Source of the DNA: Acidimicrobiia bacterium
Lineage (GTDB): Bacteria; Actinomycetota; Acidimicrobiia; Spongiisociales; ZC4RG35
Assembly (NCBI GenBank): GCA_036374335.1
Contig: DASUUC010000038.1
Location: 32,070 to 96,069, forward strand
Reading direction: 5' to 3'
DNA: 64,000 nucleotides
The position numbers were made by a program, and so were the translations under genes. Below, one piece after another: positions 18,584 through 28,896 of the stretch (position 1 is the stretch's first letter; the number at the start of each line of letters is the position of its first letter). The notes below the pieces were generated by a model. It was not told the DNA's origin. It ran no database searches and saw only the letters and a list, made by a program, of their open reading frames with translations.

Positions 18584-20105
18584 CCCCGGCTATCCCCCGG
18601 AGGATCTCGTGCTGCGGCGAGACTTCGTGGAGGCCAACATCGCAGCCCTGAGACGTCTCGCACGGGCATCGGGGACGATGACCACCATCGTTGGATTCGT
18701 CGATTTCGCCACTGGTCGGGGCCGGGGCGCCGCCGACGCCGAGCCGAGGGGTGTGGCCAACGCCGCCGCGGTGATCTCCGATGGCCAGGTCCGCGGGGTG
18801 TACCACAAGGTGTTGCTGCCCAACTACGGCGTTTTCGATGAGGATCGGTACTTCGTGGAGGGAGCCCATCCCGACCGCACCTGGGAAATCGAAGGTGTCC
18901 CGGTGGGTGTTTCGGTGTGCGAGGACATATGGCTCCCGGATGGGCCGCCGACGCTCCAGGCAGCCAACGGTGCCCGTGTCCTTCTCAACATCAACGCCTC
19001 CCCGTTCCATCGTGGGAAGGCAGCCGAGAGAGAGGAGATGCTCGCAGCCAGGGCCCGGGCCAATGGGGCGTCCGTCATCTATCTCAATCTGGTCGGGGGC
19101 CAGGATGAGCTCGTCTTCGACGGCGCCTCAGTCGTCATCGGAAGAGACGGGGAGGTGCTGCATCGATCCCCCCAATTCGAGGAGGACTTCTTCGTCGTGG
19201 ACGTCCCGCTGGGTGATGAGGCCGTGGCTGGGGGCAGCATCGCCCCCCTACTCGAGCCGACCGAGGAGATCTATCGCGCTCTGACCGTGGGTTTGCGCGA
19301 CTATTGCCGGAAGAACCACTTCGACGAGGTCGTCATCCAATTGTCGGGGGGCATTGATTCGGCAGTGACCGCCACCATCGCCCACGACGCGCTGGGTGCC
19401 GACGCGGTGTGGTCGATTGGGATGCCTTCGATGTTTTCGTCTGAGCACTCGGTTGAAGATGCCCGCATCCTTGCCGAGAATCTCGGCATCCGTTTCGATC
19501 TGGTGTTCATCGAGGGCATCTTCGCCGCCTATACCGAAGCATTGGAGGAGATCTTCGCAGGGACGGAGTTCGGCGTTGCCGAGGAGAATCTCCAGGCGCG
19601 AGCCCGGGGGACGATAGCCATGGCCGTATCCAACAAGTTCGGGCCCATGGTCCTGGCCACCGGGAACAAGTCGGAGATGGCGGTCGGTTACGCCACTCTC
19701 TATGGCGACATGGTCGGGGGCTATTCGGTCTTGAAGGATATCTTCAAGGGTGTCGTCTACGAGCTCGCTCGGTGGCGGAACAAGACCGGTCAGGTGATTC
19801 CCCAGAACATCATCGACAAGCCTCCGTCGGCCGAACTGAGACCAGGGCAGAAGGATTCCGACTCTCTTCCGCCCTACGAGTTGCTCGACGCGATCTTGGA
19901 GCGCTACATCGAAGACGACATGGGGGTGACCGAGATCATCGCCGACGGATACGACGCGGAAACCGTGCACCGGGTCGCCCGTCTCGTCGATGCCAACGAA
20001 TACAAGCGACGCCAGTCGGCCCCCGGAGTGAAAATCACGACCAAGGCTTTCGGCAAGGATCGTCGCCTCCCCATCACCAACCATTACCGACCTCCCTCTC
20101 CGTGA
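18447..20105 (+). CDS. nadE: glutamine-dependent NAD+ synthetase
   Basis: N-terminal nitrilase domain MALRVAGAQLNLTVGD...MVPELAIPGYPPEDL. C-terminal NAD synthetase domain with SGGIDS P-loop. The track ORF starts at 18054, but ATG 18447 fits the NadE N-terminus. Confidence 0.85.
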   Translation: MALRVAGAQLNLTVGDICGNEEKIAAAMTRAADAGADVLMVPELAIPGYPPEDLVLRRDFVEANIAALRRLARASGTMTTIVGFVDFATGRGRGAADAEPRGVANAAAVISDGQVRGVYHKVLLPNYGVFDEDRYFVEGAHPDRTWEIEGVPVGVSVCEDIWLPDGPPTLQAANGARVLLNINASPFHRGKAAEREEMLAARARANGASVIYLNLVGGQDELVFDGASVVIGRDGEVLHRSPQFEEDFFVVDVPLGDEAVAGGSIAPLLEPTEEIYRALTVGLRDYCRKNHFDEVVIQLSGGIDSAVTATIAHDALGADAVWSIGMPSMFSSEHSVEDARILAENLGIRFDLVFIEGIFAAYTEALEEIFAGTEFGVAEENLQARARGTIAMAVSNKFGPMVLATGNKSEMAVGYATLYGDMVGGYSVLKDIFKGVVYELARWRNKTGQVIPQNIIDKPPSAELRPGQKDSDSLPPYELLDAILERYIEDDMGVTEIIADGYDAETVHRVARLVDANEYKRRQSAPGVKITTKAFGKDRRLPITNHYRPPSP

Positions 20106-20917
20106 TCACCGAAATCCTCATCAACGGTGCTCCGTCGGACGGCAAGATCCCGGTCACCGACTCGTCGGTGCTGCGCGGTGACGGTTGTTTCGAAGTCCTC
20201 GCCAGCTACGGCGGTCGTCCCTTCGCTCCAGAGGAGCATCTGGGCCGCCTGGAACGCAGTGCTGCTGCGCTGGCCATCGAGCTGCCGCCTCGATCCGAGC
20301 TCCTCGGCTGGATCGAAAAGGCCTCTTCCGACGTCGGCGATGGCTACGTTCGTGTCGTGGTCACCCGGGGTTCGAGCGTTCCGGGTCTCGACGAGCCTTC
20401 GATGGTGATCGTCTTCGCCCACAGCCTGGAACGAGACGATGAGCCTGGGCGACTGTTTCCGGTGGAGGCACCCTGGCATGCCGCCGGGGTCGAGTGGGAT
20501 CTGGCCGGGGCCAAGTCGATCTCTTATGCGCCAAACATGGCGGCGACCCGCAAGGCCCAGGCCGAAGGGTTCGACGACGCTCTGCTCCTCACCACCGATG
20601 GAGTGGTCCTGGAGGGACCTACCTTCTCGGTCGGCTGGGTGGTGGATGGGGGCCTGGAGACACCAAGTCTGGAGCTGGGCATCCTCGATTCGATCACGAG
20701 ACGGGTCGTCCTCGAACTGGCCTCGGGACTGGAGATGCGAGTGGTGGAAGGACGTTGGCGGTTGGATCGGCTCGACTCGGCTTCTGAGGTGACCGCATGG
20801 TCGACAGTGCGGGAAGTGCAACCGGTGGTGGCGGTTGGCAGCCGAACCTGGAAGCCGGGACCGGTCACCAAACAGCTCGGTCTCGTGTTTGCCGATCGCA
20901 TTGGCAGGCACCACTAG
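20102..20917 (+). CDS. class IV aminotransferase (aminodeoxychorismate lyase / branched-chain aminotransferase family)
   Basis: GTG start overlaps the nadE stop (GTGA). VITEILINGAPSDGKIPVTDSSVLRGDGCFEVL is a typical class IV N-terminus. Confidence 0.65.
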   Translation: MITEILINGAPSDGKIPVTDSSVLRGDGCFEVLASYGGRPFAPEEHLGRLERSAAALAIELPPRSELLGWIEKASSDVGDGYVRVVVTRGSSVPGLDEPSMVIVFAHSLERDDEPGRLFPVEAPWHAAGVEWDLAGAKSISYAPNMAATRKAQAEGFDDALLLTTDGVVLEGPTFSVGWVVDGGLETPSLELGILDSITRRVVLELASGLEMRVVEGRWRLDRLDSASEVTAWSTVREVQPVVAVGSRTWKPGPVTKQLGLVFADRIGRHH

Positions 20918-20952
20918 GGAACCGAAGCGCACTAGCGTTTCGTTTCCTGATC

Positions 20953-21471
20953 ATGAGAAATCGATGGATATCCGTTTTGGCCGTGCTGGCACTCTTTGTC
21001 GCTGCCTGCGACGGCGACGACCCGGAGCTGTCCACAGAGTCCACCATCGTCACCGGATCCACCACCGTCCCGGCACCCGGTGATGGCAGCACAACCACCA
21101 CTCCCGAAGGCGAGGGAAATTCCCCGCCGACGACCCTTGCCGGGGAGCAGGTTTCGGATTACCAGGTGGTCACCGAGATCGAGAACGACAATGGCGTCGA
21201 ACAGCACGTCGTCATTCCCAACGGCGCGTACACCGATGTCGATCTCGAGAACTTCGTCATTGACCTCATCGAGGAGAACCCAGATCTGTATGGCGCCCAG
21301 ATCTTCGACGATGCTGCCGCTGCTGAAGCCTTCCTCGTCCCGCAGGCGGAGCGCACCGAGGCGGAAGAGGAACTGCTCGAACGGCATTGGTTCGTGACCC
21401 TCACCGGGCGCGCCCGCATCGATTTCCGAGGCCCGTTCTCCGAGTTCACCGGCGGAGCTATCGGGAGCTGA
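20953..21471 (+). CDS. hypothetical lipoprotein with Thr/Ser-rich linker
   Basis: MRNRWISVLAVLALFVAAC lipobox, then a T/S-rich linker. Confidence 0.45.
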   Translation: MRNRWISVLAVLALFVAACDGDDPELSTESTIVTGSTTVPAPGDGSTTTTPEGEGNSPPTTLAGEQVSDYQVVTEIENDNGVEQHVVIPNGAYTDVDLENFVIDLIEENPDLYGAQIFDDAAAAEAFLVPQAERTEAEEELLERHWFVTLTGRARIDFRGPFSEFTGGAIGS

Positions 21472-21496
21472 CGCCCGAAACTCGACACCAACACGC

Positions 21497-22984
21497 TCAG
21501 AGCAGCGCAGATGCCAACAGCAGGGATCCGCCGAAGCCAACTGTGTCGGTGATGAGGGTCAGGAAAATCGACGAGGCGAGTGCGGGGTCGAGACCGAAAG
21601 TCCGAAGGAGGACCGGGATGCCACTGCCCGCGAGCGACCCAACGATCAAGACGCCACATGCTGAAACTCCGACGACCGTGGCGACACGAAGAGGCTCCCC
21701 GGACTGGAACACGCGACCCTCGATCAGAAGCCAGCAGACCACACCGGAGAGAATCCCGATGGCCAACCCGTTGAGAACACCGACACCGGTTTGCCTGACC
21801 AGAATCCGACGTACCTGAGCACTCGGGACGTCGTCCGAGGCCAGGGAGCGGATCATCACCGCCAGACTCTGGTTTCCCCCATTCCCTCCCAGAAGCGCCA
21901 CGATCGGCATCAGGGCGGCCAGCACCGGCTCATTGCTGATGATGCCTGTCTGGGCCTCGATCACCAGTGCCACGACCAGTGCGAGCAAGAGGTTCACTCC
22001 GAGCCACGGCATCCGCATCCGGAACGACATCGTCACATTCGTGTAGACGGTCTCGGCGATACCCGCACCCACCGCGACCGCGAAGTCCTCGGTTGCTTCG
22101 TCCTGGACCGCCTCGATCACTGCGTCGGTCGTGACCATGCCCACCAGGTGGTTGTGGTCGTCGACCACAGGGATGCCGAAGAGGTGGTAGCGCTGGGTTA
22201 TGTCGGCCACCTCTTCCCGGTCGGTGAGGGTGCCTACCGAGATCGGGTCAGCAACCATCACATCGGCGAGAGGTGCTCCCGGACGGCGGAAGACGAGATC
22301 CCGGAACGAGATGACACCTTTCAGGCGGTCCTGGTCGTCCACCACGTAGACATAGGAGAGGTCTTCGTACACCTCGCGTAGCTGGCGGATTCTCTCGATC
22401 GCCTCGCCGGTCGTGAGACCCAGGGGGAGGGCCGCGATCTCGGTCGTCATCAGACCACCAGCCGTGTCCGGAGGGTAGGTCAGCAGGTCCCGGACGTCGT
22501 CTTCGGCCTCGTCCGACATGGCCGCAAGGACGTCTTCTGTCACTTCTTCGTCGAGCTCGCCGATGAGGTCGGCGGCGGCCTCGCTGGGCATTTCGTTGAG
22601 TGCGGCGGCCAGCTCGGCCAGGGGATACTGCTCCAGCAACTCAACCGCCAGCTCTGGGGCTATCTCCTCGAGGATCTCCGCGGCTTGAAAGGGTGGGAGA
22701 TGGGAGAGAAGCTGGGCGGCATCGGTCGCATCGAGCTGCTCGATGATGTCGGCGGCGTCGCCCGGGGTGGCGTGAGCCAGCGCCTCCCACGCCTCGCGGT
22801 TGGCGTCGAGGAAGTCGGCAACCTGCTCGTGGTCGCGGCGCGCCACCGTGAGCAGTTGCCTGGCAAGTTGGCGGGGGCTTCTAAGTCGAAGTCTCACTGT
22901 GACCCCGGATGTGATGGACCGGGGCCAGGCTACATCGGGAAACGGCCCGCGGCGCGACCGAAGCAATGGGTCGAGTGTGCACAC
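21497..22984 (-). CDS. mgtE: magnesium transporter MgtE
   Basis: MgtE N-domain, tandem CBS domains, and a C-terminal 5-TM domain with the conserved GNGGNQ and DxxGF motifs. Start uncertain. Confidence 0.8.
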   Translation of the reverse strand: MCTLDPLLRSRRGPFPDVAWPRSITSGVTVRLRLRSPRQLARQLLTVARRDHEQVADFLDANREAWEALAHATPGDAADIIEQLDATDAAQLLSHLPPFQAAEILEEIAPELAVELLEQYPLAELAAALNEMPSEAAADLIGELDEEVTEDVLAAMSDEAEDDVRDLLTYPPDTAGGLMTTEIAALPLGLTTGEAIERIRQLREVYEDLSYVYVVDDQDRLKGVISFRDLVFRRPGAPLADVMVADPISVGTLTDREEVADITQRYHLFGIPVVDDHNHLVGMVTTDAVIEAVQDEATEDFAVAVGAGIAETVYTNVTMSFRMRMPWLGVNLLLALVVALVIEAQTGIISNEPVLAALMPIVALLGGNGGNQSLAVMIRSLASDDVPSAQVRRILVRQTGVGVLNGLAIGILSGVVCWLLIEGRVFQSGEPLRVATVVGVSACGVLIVGSLAGSGIPVLLRTFGLDPALASSIFLTLITDTVGFGGSLLLASALL

Positions 22985-23130
22985 CAGCGCGGCGTACGCG
23001 CACTACTGCACTGGTTCACGGTGACGGGTTGAGTGTGCACACGTGCGCGAGTCGGCCGCGCACCACTGCACACTCGATCGCCTCCCCGGTGTGTCAGATC
23101 AACCGCTCAGCGGGAAGCGGCGACCGTCGG
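22985..23130 (-). promoter_or_regulatory. structured mgtE 5' leader with two ~45-bp imperfect direct repeats and nested palindromes
   Basis: GAGTGTGCACAC...GCGCACTACTGCACT-like units at about 22971-23015 and 23030-23075, built around AGTGTGCACACT-type palindromes. Not similar to the M-box consensus. Confidence 0.35.
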
Positions 23131-23607
23131 TCAGGCGCCATAGGGGCGAACTGACGTGACTCGAACGGTCATGGTCCCTGCCGGAGCTTGATATTCGACC
23201 TCGTCGTCAACCGATCGTCCCAACAGGGCGGCACCGAGCGGGCTTTCCGGAGAGGCGAGAAGGAGGCCGGCGGCCTTGTTCTCCTGAGAGGCAACGAAAT
23301 ACTCCATCTCGTCACCGTCGGAGTCGACCACGGTGACCACACAACCGACCTCGACTCTCCCGGTGTCCTCGACCACGCGCACCTCGGAGGTGTTGATGAG
23401 ATGCTCCAGCTTGCGTATGCGCGCTTCCATGAGCCCCTGATCGTTCTTCGCCGCGTCGTAATCGGCGTTCTCACGCAGATCGCCGTGTGATCGCGCCTCG
23501 GCGATACGGTCCTCGATCTCTCTTCGGGCCTCCGTCTTCAGCTGCTCGAGCTCATCCTGGAGCTTCTCGAGCGCGGCTGGCGTCAGAAATGTTCGTTGCT
23601 CGGTCAT
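23131..23607 (-). CDS. greA: transcription elongation factor GreA
   Basis: Start at Met 23607 (MTEQRTFLTPAALEKLQDELEQL...). Coiled-coil N-domain plus FKBP-like C-domain. 158 aa. The track ORF is longer (to 23721). Confidence 0.85.
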   Translation of the reverse strand: MTEQRTFLTPAALEKLQDELEQLKTEARREIEDRIAEARSHGDLRENADYDAAKNDQGLMEARIRKLEHLINTSEVRVVEDTGRVEVGCVVTVVDSDGDEMEYFVASQENKAAGLLLASPESPLGAALLGRSVDDEVEYQAPAGTMTVRVTSVRPYGA

Positions 23608-23734
23608 GGGAACGCGAAAGGATAAGCAGAAGCGGTATCTACCCGAATCCCTGACATGTCCAACCGGTCGGGCCGAAGGGCACCGACAATGGGCCATTGG
23701 TCCCTTCGGTGCCGGCGTCACACTTCGTACTTTG

Positions 23735-26700
23735 ATGGATATGACAGCTATTGCGACGCGCGCTTGGGCGACCGTCGACGGGAACGAGGCCGCGGCCAGG
23801 ATCGCTCATCTCCTCAGCGAGGTTATCGCCATCTACCCGATCACCCCTGCTTCGCCAATGGGCGAGCTCGCCGACGCCTGGTCACACCAGGGCAAGCCCA
23901 ACCTGTGGGGTGTCGTCCCCGACGTCGTCGAAATGCAGAGCGAAGCCGGGGCAGCCGGCGCCATCCACGGCGCATTGACCGCCGGTGCCCTCAGCACGAC
24001 CTTCACGGCCTCCCAGGGTCTCCTTCTCATGCTCCCCAACATGTACAAGATCGCTGGAGAGCTGACCCCTTCGGTCATCCATGTCGCGGCCCGATCCGTG
24101 GCGACCCACGCACTGTCCATCTTCGGGGATCACTCCGACGTGATGGGGGCGAGACAGACTGGTTTCGCCATGTTGGCCTCTGCCTCTGTGCAGGAAGCTC
24201 AGGACCTGGCGCTCATCTCCCACCTCGCCACCCTGGAATCGAGGATTCCGTTCCTCCATTTCTTCGACGGTTTCCGAACTTCCCACGAAGTCGCCAAGAT
24301 CGAGCTGGTCGACGAGGCGACGATTCGTGACCTCGTCGACGAGGACCTCATCGCCGAACATCGACTACGGGCGCTGAATCCCAACAACCCGTCGCTGCGG
24401 GGCACTGCACAGAACCCCGATGTCTTTTTCCAGGCCCGTGAAGCAATCAACCTCTTCTACGACGCCGTTCCCGAGACCGTTTCACGGGCGATGGACCGAT
24501 TCTCCGAGGTGACAGGTCGCTCCTACAGCCCGTTCCAGTATTACGGAGCACCTGACGCCGAGACCGTGGCGGTGATCATGGGGTCCGGTGTCGGTGCTGC
24601 CCGCGAGGCCGTGGCCCGACTGGTCGAGAGTGGCGAGAGAGTCGGTCTGGTCCAGGTGCGGTTATACCGGCCCTTCGACGTAGCTGGCTTCGTGTCCGAA
24701 CTCCCGCCAACTGTCAAGCGCATCGTGGCGATGGACCGTACCAAGGAGCCAGGTGCCGTCGGGGAACCCCTCTATCTCGATGTAGTGGCGGCGCTGGCCG
24801 AAAACGATCTCGATGTGGACGTCATAGGCGGTCGCTACGGGCTTTCGTCGAAGGAATTCACCCCGGCGATGGTGGCCGGCGTGTTCGCCGAAGCCGATAC
24901 CGAAGATCCGCGGCGTCACTTCACCGTTGGCATCGTCGACGACGTGAGCGGGCTCTCCATCGACTACGACCCCGGGTGGTGGGCCGAACCCGACGACGTG
25001 ACCCGGGCAGTGTTTCACGGCCTCGGTTCCGACGGCACCGTGGGGGCAAACAAGAACTCGGTGAAGATCATCGGGGAGTCCACCGACCTCTATGCCCAGG
25101 GATACTTCGTCTACGACTCGAAAAAGTCAGGCTCGCGCACCGTCTCCCATTTGAGGGTGTCGCCCCGCCCCATCGACTCGACCTATCTGGTCAACGAGGC
25201 GGATTTCGTGGCGGTGCACCAGTTCGATTTCCTGGAAGACATCGATGCCCTCGACATCGCCCGACCTGGAGGGACGGTGCTCCTCAACAGCCCGTTCCCA
25301 CAAGGGACGATTTGGGAGAAGCTACCCATCGAGGCCCAGCAAGCGATTGTCAGCAAGGACTTGAACGTCTGGGCGGTCGACGCCGCCACCATCGCCATCC
25401 AGGCCGGGCTCGGTGGGAGGATCAACACGGTTCTCCAGACCTGTTTCTTCCATCTCACCGATTTCCTGTCAACCGAAGACTCGATGGTCGCCATAAAGGA
25501 GCACATTCGGAAGAGTTACGGAAAACGGGGCCAGGCCGTGGTGAAACGAAACGAGGAAGCCGTTGATCGGGCCCTGGAGGGCCTGTATCAGGTGGAACCT
25601 GGACCAGTGGACAGTGACAGAAGGATCACCGACCCGGTGCCCGACGTTGCCTCCGACTTCGTGAAGCGAGTGACCTCGATGATGATCGCCGGCAAAGGCG
25701 ATCTCCTGCCCGTCTCGGCCCTTCCCGTGGACGGGGCTTTCCCCACCGGCACCGCCATGTGGGAGAAGCGCTCCATAGCCACCGAGATCCCGATCTGGGA
25801 CCCGGATATCTGCATCGACTGCGGCCGGTGCGCTCTGGTGTGTCCGCACGCCGCCATTCGCTTCAAGGCGTTTGCCGCCGACGTCCCGATTCCCGACGGC
25901 TTTGTCTGGAAGGAATCGACGGGCAAGGACCTGCGAGGGTTGCGGATCGCCGTCCAGGTAGCCCCCGACGACTGCACTGGTTGCGGGATCTGTGTCGAGA
26001 TCTGTCCGGCCAAATCGAAAGAAGTCGCCCGTCACAAGGCGATTGACATGGAACCCAAGGACATCCACCTCGAGCGGGAGCGACGCAATTTCGAGTACTT
26101 CCTGGAGATCCCCGAAATGGATCGCTCCCAGGTGAATGCCGCATCGGTGAAGGGATCACAGCTCCTCCAGCCATTGTTTGAGTTCTCAGGGGCCTGCGCC
26201 GGCTGTGGCGAGACCCCCTATCTCAAGCTGATCACCCAGATGATGGGTGACCGGATGATCGTGGCCAACGCCACGGGCTGTTCGTCGATCTATGGAGGGA
26301 ACCTGCCCACAACCCCCTGGACGACGAATGGAGCCGGCCAAGGGCCGGCGTGGTCTAACAGTCTCTTCGAGGACAATGCCGAATTCGGCCTCGGCATGCG
26401 TCTGGCTCTCGAAGCCCAGCGCGACGACGCCGAGCTGCTGGTCACCGCACTCGCACCCGAGCTTGGCGGACTGGCCGTCGAGATTCTCGATGTGATCGAG
26501 AACCCCGATCACTCCGATCAGGATGCGCTGGTGGGACGTCAGCGGAGTCAGGTGGCCCAGCTCAAGGAGCGGTTGGCCGGCATGGAAGGCCCACTGCCGC
26601 GCAGGCTCGAAGGTGTAGCCGATGCTTTGGTGGACAGCAGCATCTGGATCGTCGGTGGTGATGGCTGGGCCTACGACATCGGGTTCGGCGGACTCGATCA

Positions 26701-27310
26701 TGTACTGGCTTCGGGACGGGACATCAACATCCTGGTCCTCGACACCGAGGTCTACTCCAACACCGGTGGTCAGGCATCCAAAGCCACACCGCGGGCTGCC
26801 ATCGCCAAGTTTGCAGCTGGAGGCAAGACCACCGGCAAGAAGGACCTCGGTCAGATCGCCATGTCCTACGGCAACGTGTACGTCGGCCAGATCGCCATGG
26901 GCGCCAATCCGACCCAGACCGTGAGGGCCATCGCCGAGGCCGAAGCGCATCGGGGAGTCTCGTTGATCCTCGCCTACAGCCCCTGCATTGCACATGGATA
27001 CGACATGACCCATCAACTCGACCACCAGAAGGCCGCCACCGACGCGGGCTATTGGCCCTTGTACAGGTACGACCCGGCCCGTGAGGCAGCCGGCGAGCCG
27101 GGGCTGCGTTTGGACAGCAGGAAGCCGACCATCCCCTTCAAGGAGTTCGCCTCGACCGAGTCCAGGTTTGCCATGTTGGGTCGTTCCGATCCCGAGAGCG
27201 CAGAGAGGCTCATGCAACAGGCTCAGCAGGACATCGACGATCGCTGGTTTCTCTATGAGCAGATGGTGAACCTGCACCGGACGGCCGAATATGTGGAGGT
27301 GGAGGAATGA
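23735..27310 (+). CDS. nifJ: pyruvate:ferredoxin (flavodoxin) oxidoreductase
   Basis: ~1190 aa. Two 4Fe-4S motifs (CIDCGRCALVCP, CTGCGICVEICP) plus a TPP-binding domain (GDGWAYDIGFGGLDH). ATG at 23735 chosen inside the longer ORF. Confidence 0.9.
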   Translation: MDMTAIATRAWATVDGNEAAARIAHLLSEVIAIYPITPASPMGELADAWSHQGKPNLWGVVPDVVEMQSEAGAAGAIHGALTAGALSTTFTASQGLLLMLPNMYKIAGELTPSVIHVAARSVATHALSIFGDHSDVMGARQTGFAMLASASVQEAQDLALISHLATLESRIPFLHFFDGFRTSHEVAKIELVDEATIRDLVDEDLIAEHRLRALNPNNPSLRGTAQNPDVFFQAREAINLFYDAVPETVSRAMDRFSEVTGRSYSPFQYYGAPDAETVAVIMGSGVGAAREAVARLVESGERVGLVQVRLYRPFDVAGFVSELPPTVKRIVAMDRTKEPGAVGEPLYLDVVAALAENDLDVDVIGGRYGLSSKEFTPAMVAGVFAEADTEDPRRHFTVGIVDDVSGLSIDYDPGWWAEPDDVTRAVFHGLGSDGTVGANKNSVKIIGESTDLYAQGYFVYDSKKSGSRTVSHLRVSPRPIDSTYLVNEADFVAVHQFDFLEDIDALDIARPGGTVLLNSPFPQGTIWEKLPIEAQQAIVSKDLNVWAVDAATIAIQAGLGGRINTVLQTCFFHLTDFLSTEDSMVAIKEHIRKSYGKRGQAVVKRNEEAVDRALEGLYQVEPGPVDSDRRITDPVPDVASDFVKRVTSMMIAGKGDLLPVSALPVDGAFPTGTAMWEKRSIATEIPIWDPDICIDCGRCALVCPHAAIRFKAFAADVPIPDGFVWKESTGKDLRGLRIAVQVAPDDCTGCGICVEICPAKSKEVARHKAIDMEPKDIHLERERRNFEYFLEIPEMDRSQVNAASVKGSQLLQPLFEFSGACAGCGETPYLKLITQMMGDRMIVANATGCSSIYGGNLPTTPWTTNGAGQGPAWSNSLFEDNAEFGLGMRLALEAQRDDAELLVTALAPELGGLAVEILDVIENPDHSDQDALVGRQRSQVAQLKERLAGMEGPLPRRLEGVADALVDSSIWIVGGDGWAYDIGFGGLDHVLASGRDINILVLDTEVYSNTGGQASKATPRAAIAKFAAGGKTTGKKDLGQIAMSYGNVYVGQIAMGANPTQTVRAIAEAEAHRGVSLILAYSPCIAHGYDMTHQLDHQKAATDAGYWPLYRYDPAREAAGEPGLRLDSRKPTIPFKEFASTESRFAMLGRSDPESAERLMQQAQQDIDDRWFLYEQMVNLHRTAEYVEVEE

Positions 27311-28314
27311 GTGTCGATCTGTCGAGCCGCTATCTGGGGTTGGACCTCGCTCACCCGGTGATGCCGTCGGCCTCACCACTCACCGGTGACGTCGATCACA
27401 TCCACGCCCTGGTCGCGGCCGGAGCCCCCGCCGTTGTGCTCCCCAGTCTGTTCGAGGAGCAGATCGAGCACGACGCGATGGCGGTCCACTACAGCCTGGA
27501 GATGGGAGCGGACGGCTTCGGCGAGGCCGCCGATGGCTTCTTTCCGCAGCTCGACGATTACAACACCGGTCCCGAGGACTATCTCGATCTCATTCGCCGT
27601 GCCAAGAGAGAGGTCCGGGTCCCGGTTGTGGCCAGTCTCAACGGTGTCTCGACCGGAGGGTGGACGATGTATTCACAGATTCTCGCGGACGAGGGCGTGG
27701 ATGCGCTCGAGCTCAACGTCTACCGCCTACCTGCCGACATGACACAGAGCTCGAGCGATGTCGAACTGGCGTACATCCGTCTCGTGGAGAAGGTGAAGAA
27801 CTCGGTTGAGCTTCCCCTTGCGGTGAAAGTCGGCCCCTACTTCTCCTCGATCCCGGACATGGCCAGGAGGTTGAGCGATGCCGGCGCCGATGCACTGGTG
27901 ATGTTCAATCGCTTCTATCAGCCGGATATCGACCTGGAGACTCTCGAGGTCATTCCGAACTTGGTGCTTTCCAGCCCGGTCGAGCTGAGACTCGTGCTGC
28001 GCTGGTTGGCCATCCTCCATGGACGGGTGGGCTGTGACATGGCAGCCACCTCGGGAGTCCACGAGGCCGACGATGCGATCAAGGCAATTCTGGCTGGAGC
28101 CACTGTCACTATGATGGCGTCGGCTCTGTTGAGACATGGTCCGTCGCGGTTGACCGAAGTGCGTGACGGGGTCGGAACCTGGCTGGCCGATCATGGCTAT
28201 GAGTCCGTCGCCCAAGCTCGGGGCAGTCTCAGCTATTTGACGGCGCCCGATCCCGAGGTGTTCGAGCGGGCCGGTTACATGAAGACACTGACTTCTTATG
28301 TACCTACCTGGTGA
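27307..28314 (+). CDS. dihydroorotate dehydrogenase-like (class 1 PyrD family) TIM-barrel flavoprotein
   Basis: ATGA overlap with the PFOR stop. PyrD-like motifs (VASLNG, LELNV, VKVGP). True substrate unknown. Confidence 0.55.
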   Translation: MSVDLSSRYLGLDLAHPVMPSASPLTGDVDHIHALVAAGAPAVVLPSLFEEQIEHDAMAVHYSLEMGADGFGEAADGFFPQLDDYNTGPEDYLDLIRRAKREVRVPVVASLNGVSTGGWTMYSQILADEGVDALELNVYRLPADMTQSSSDVELAYIRLVEKVKNSVELPLAVKVGPYFSSIPDMARRLSDAGADALVMFNRFYQPDIDLETLEVIPNLVLSSPVELRLVLRWLAILHGRVGCDMAATSGVHEADDAIKAILAGATVTMMASALLRHGPSRLTEVRDGVGTWLADHGYESVAQARGSLSYLTAPDPEVFERAGYMKTLTSYVPTW

Positions 28315-28808
28315 GCCTGCAAGACTGAAGTCTCCAACACGACCTCAGAGCGGATGGATCGCCCGATCAGGCAGACCTTCTCAGCCTTGTCCAAGAGACG
28401 TATCGCCCGGTCGACGTCCGAGTCCGCCGAGATGAGCACGTTCGGCCTCAGCATGATCCGGTCTATCGAGTAGAGGCCCTTCTCGTCACGTTGCAAGTGC
28501 CCCGTCGAGTCGTCGGTGTACTCCAGGACCTCTACGCCCGAGTTGCCGGCGATCGACAGAAATGTCGTCATCAGGCAAGACGCCACGGCGGCCACAAAGA
28601 GGTGCTCCGGACTCCAGACGTGTTCCGGGCCGCCGAACTCGGGTGGAGACGAGAACTGCAATTGCGGCAGCTCATCCAGGGGCGCTTCCAACACGCCGCT
28701 CTTGGGGTCGGTGGCCCTGACTCTCACGTGATAGTCGTGTGCTTCGATCACGGTTTTCCTTTCGTCAAGCCAATGATCGGACCGTGGTGGCTCGGCGACC
28801 ATCCGCAA
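28296..28808 (-). CDS. OsmC/Ohr family protein
   Basis: OsmC-like fold with two conserved Cys. The 3' end overlaps the convergent upstream gene by 19 nt. Confidence 0.6.
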   Translation of the reverse strand: MRMVAEPPRSDHWLDERKTVIEAHDYHVRVRATDPKSGVLEAPLDELPQLQFSSPPEFGGPEHVWSPEHLFVAAVASCLMTTFLSIAGNSGVEVLEYTDDSTGHLQRDEKGLYSIDRIMLRPNVLISADSDVDRAIRLLDKAEKVCLIGRSIRSEVVLETSVLQAHQVGT

Positions 28809-28896
28809 TGGTCACCATGTCTTGGGACGTTGGTCCCTGTTGCCCTGCAGATAGCGGTCGTAGCTTCGTGGAGGTTCACCGATCAAAGGAGATTTC

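Noticed and set aside
22971-23075. Possible CRISPR-like direct repeats upstream of mgtE
   Set aside because: Only two imperfect units with no regular spacer structure and no cas genes. Treated instead as leader structure.
22985-23130. M-box (ykoK) Mg2+ riboswitch upstream of mgtE
   Set aside because: I could not find the conserved M-box core sequence. Retained only as an unclassified structured leader.
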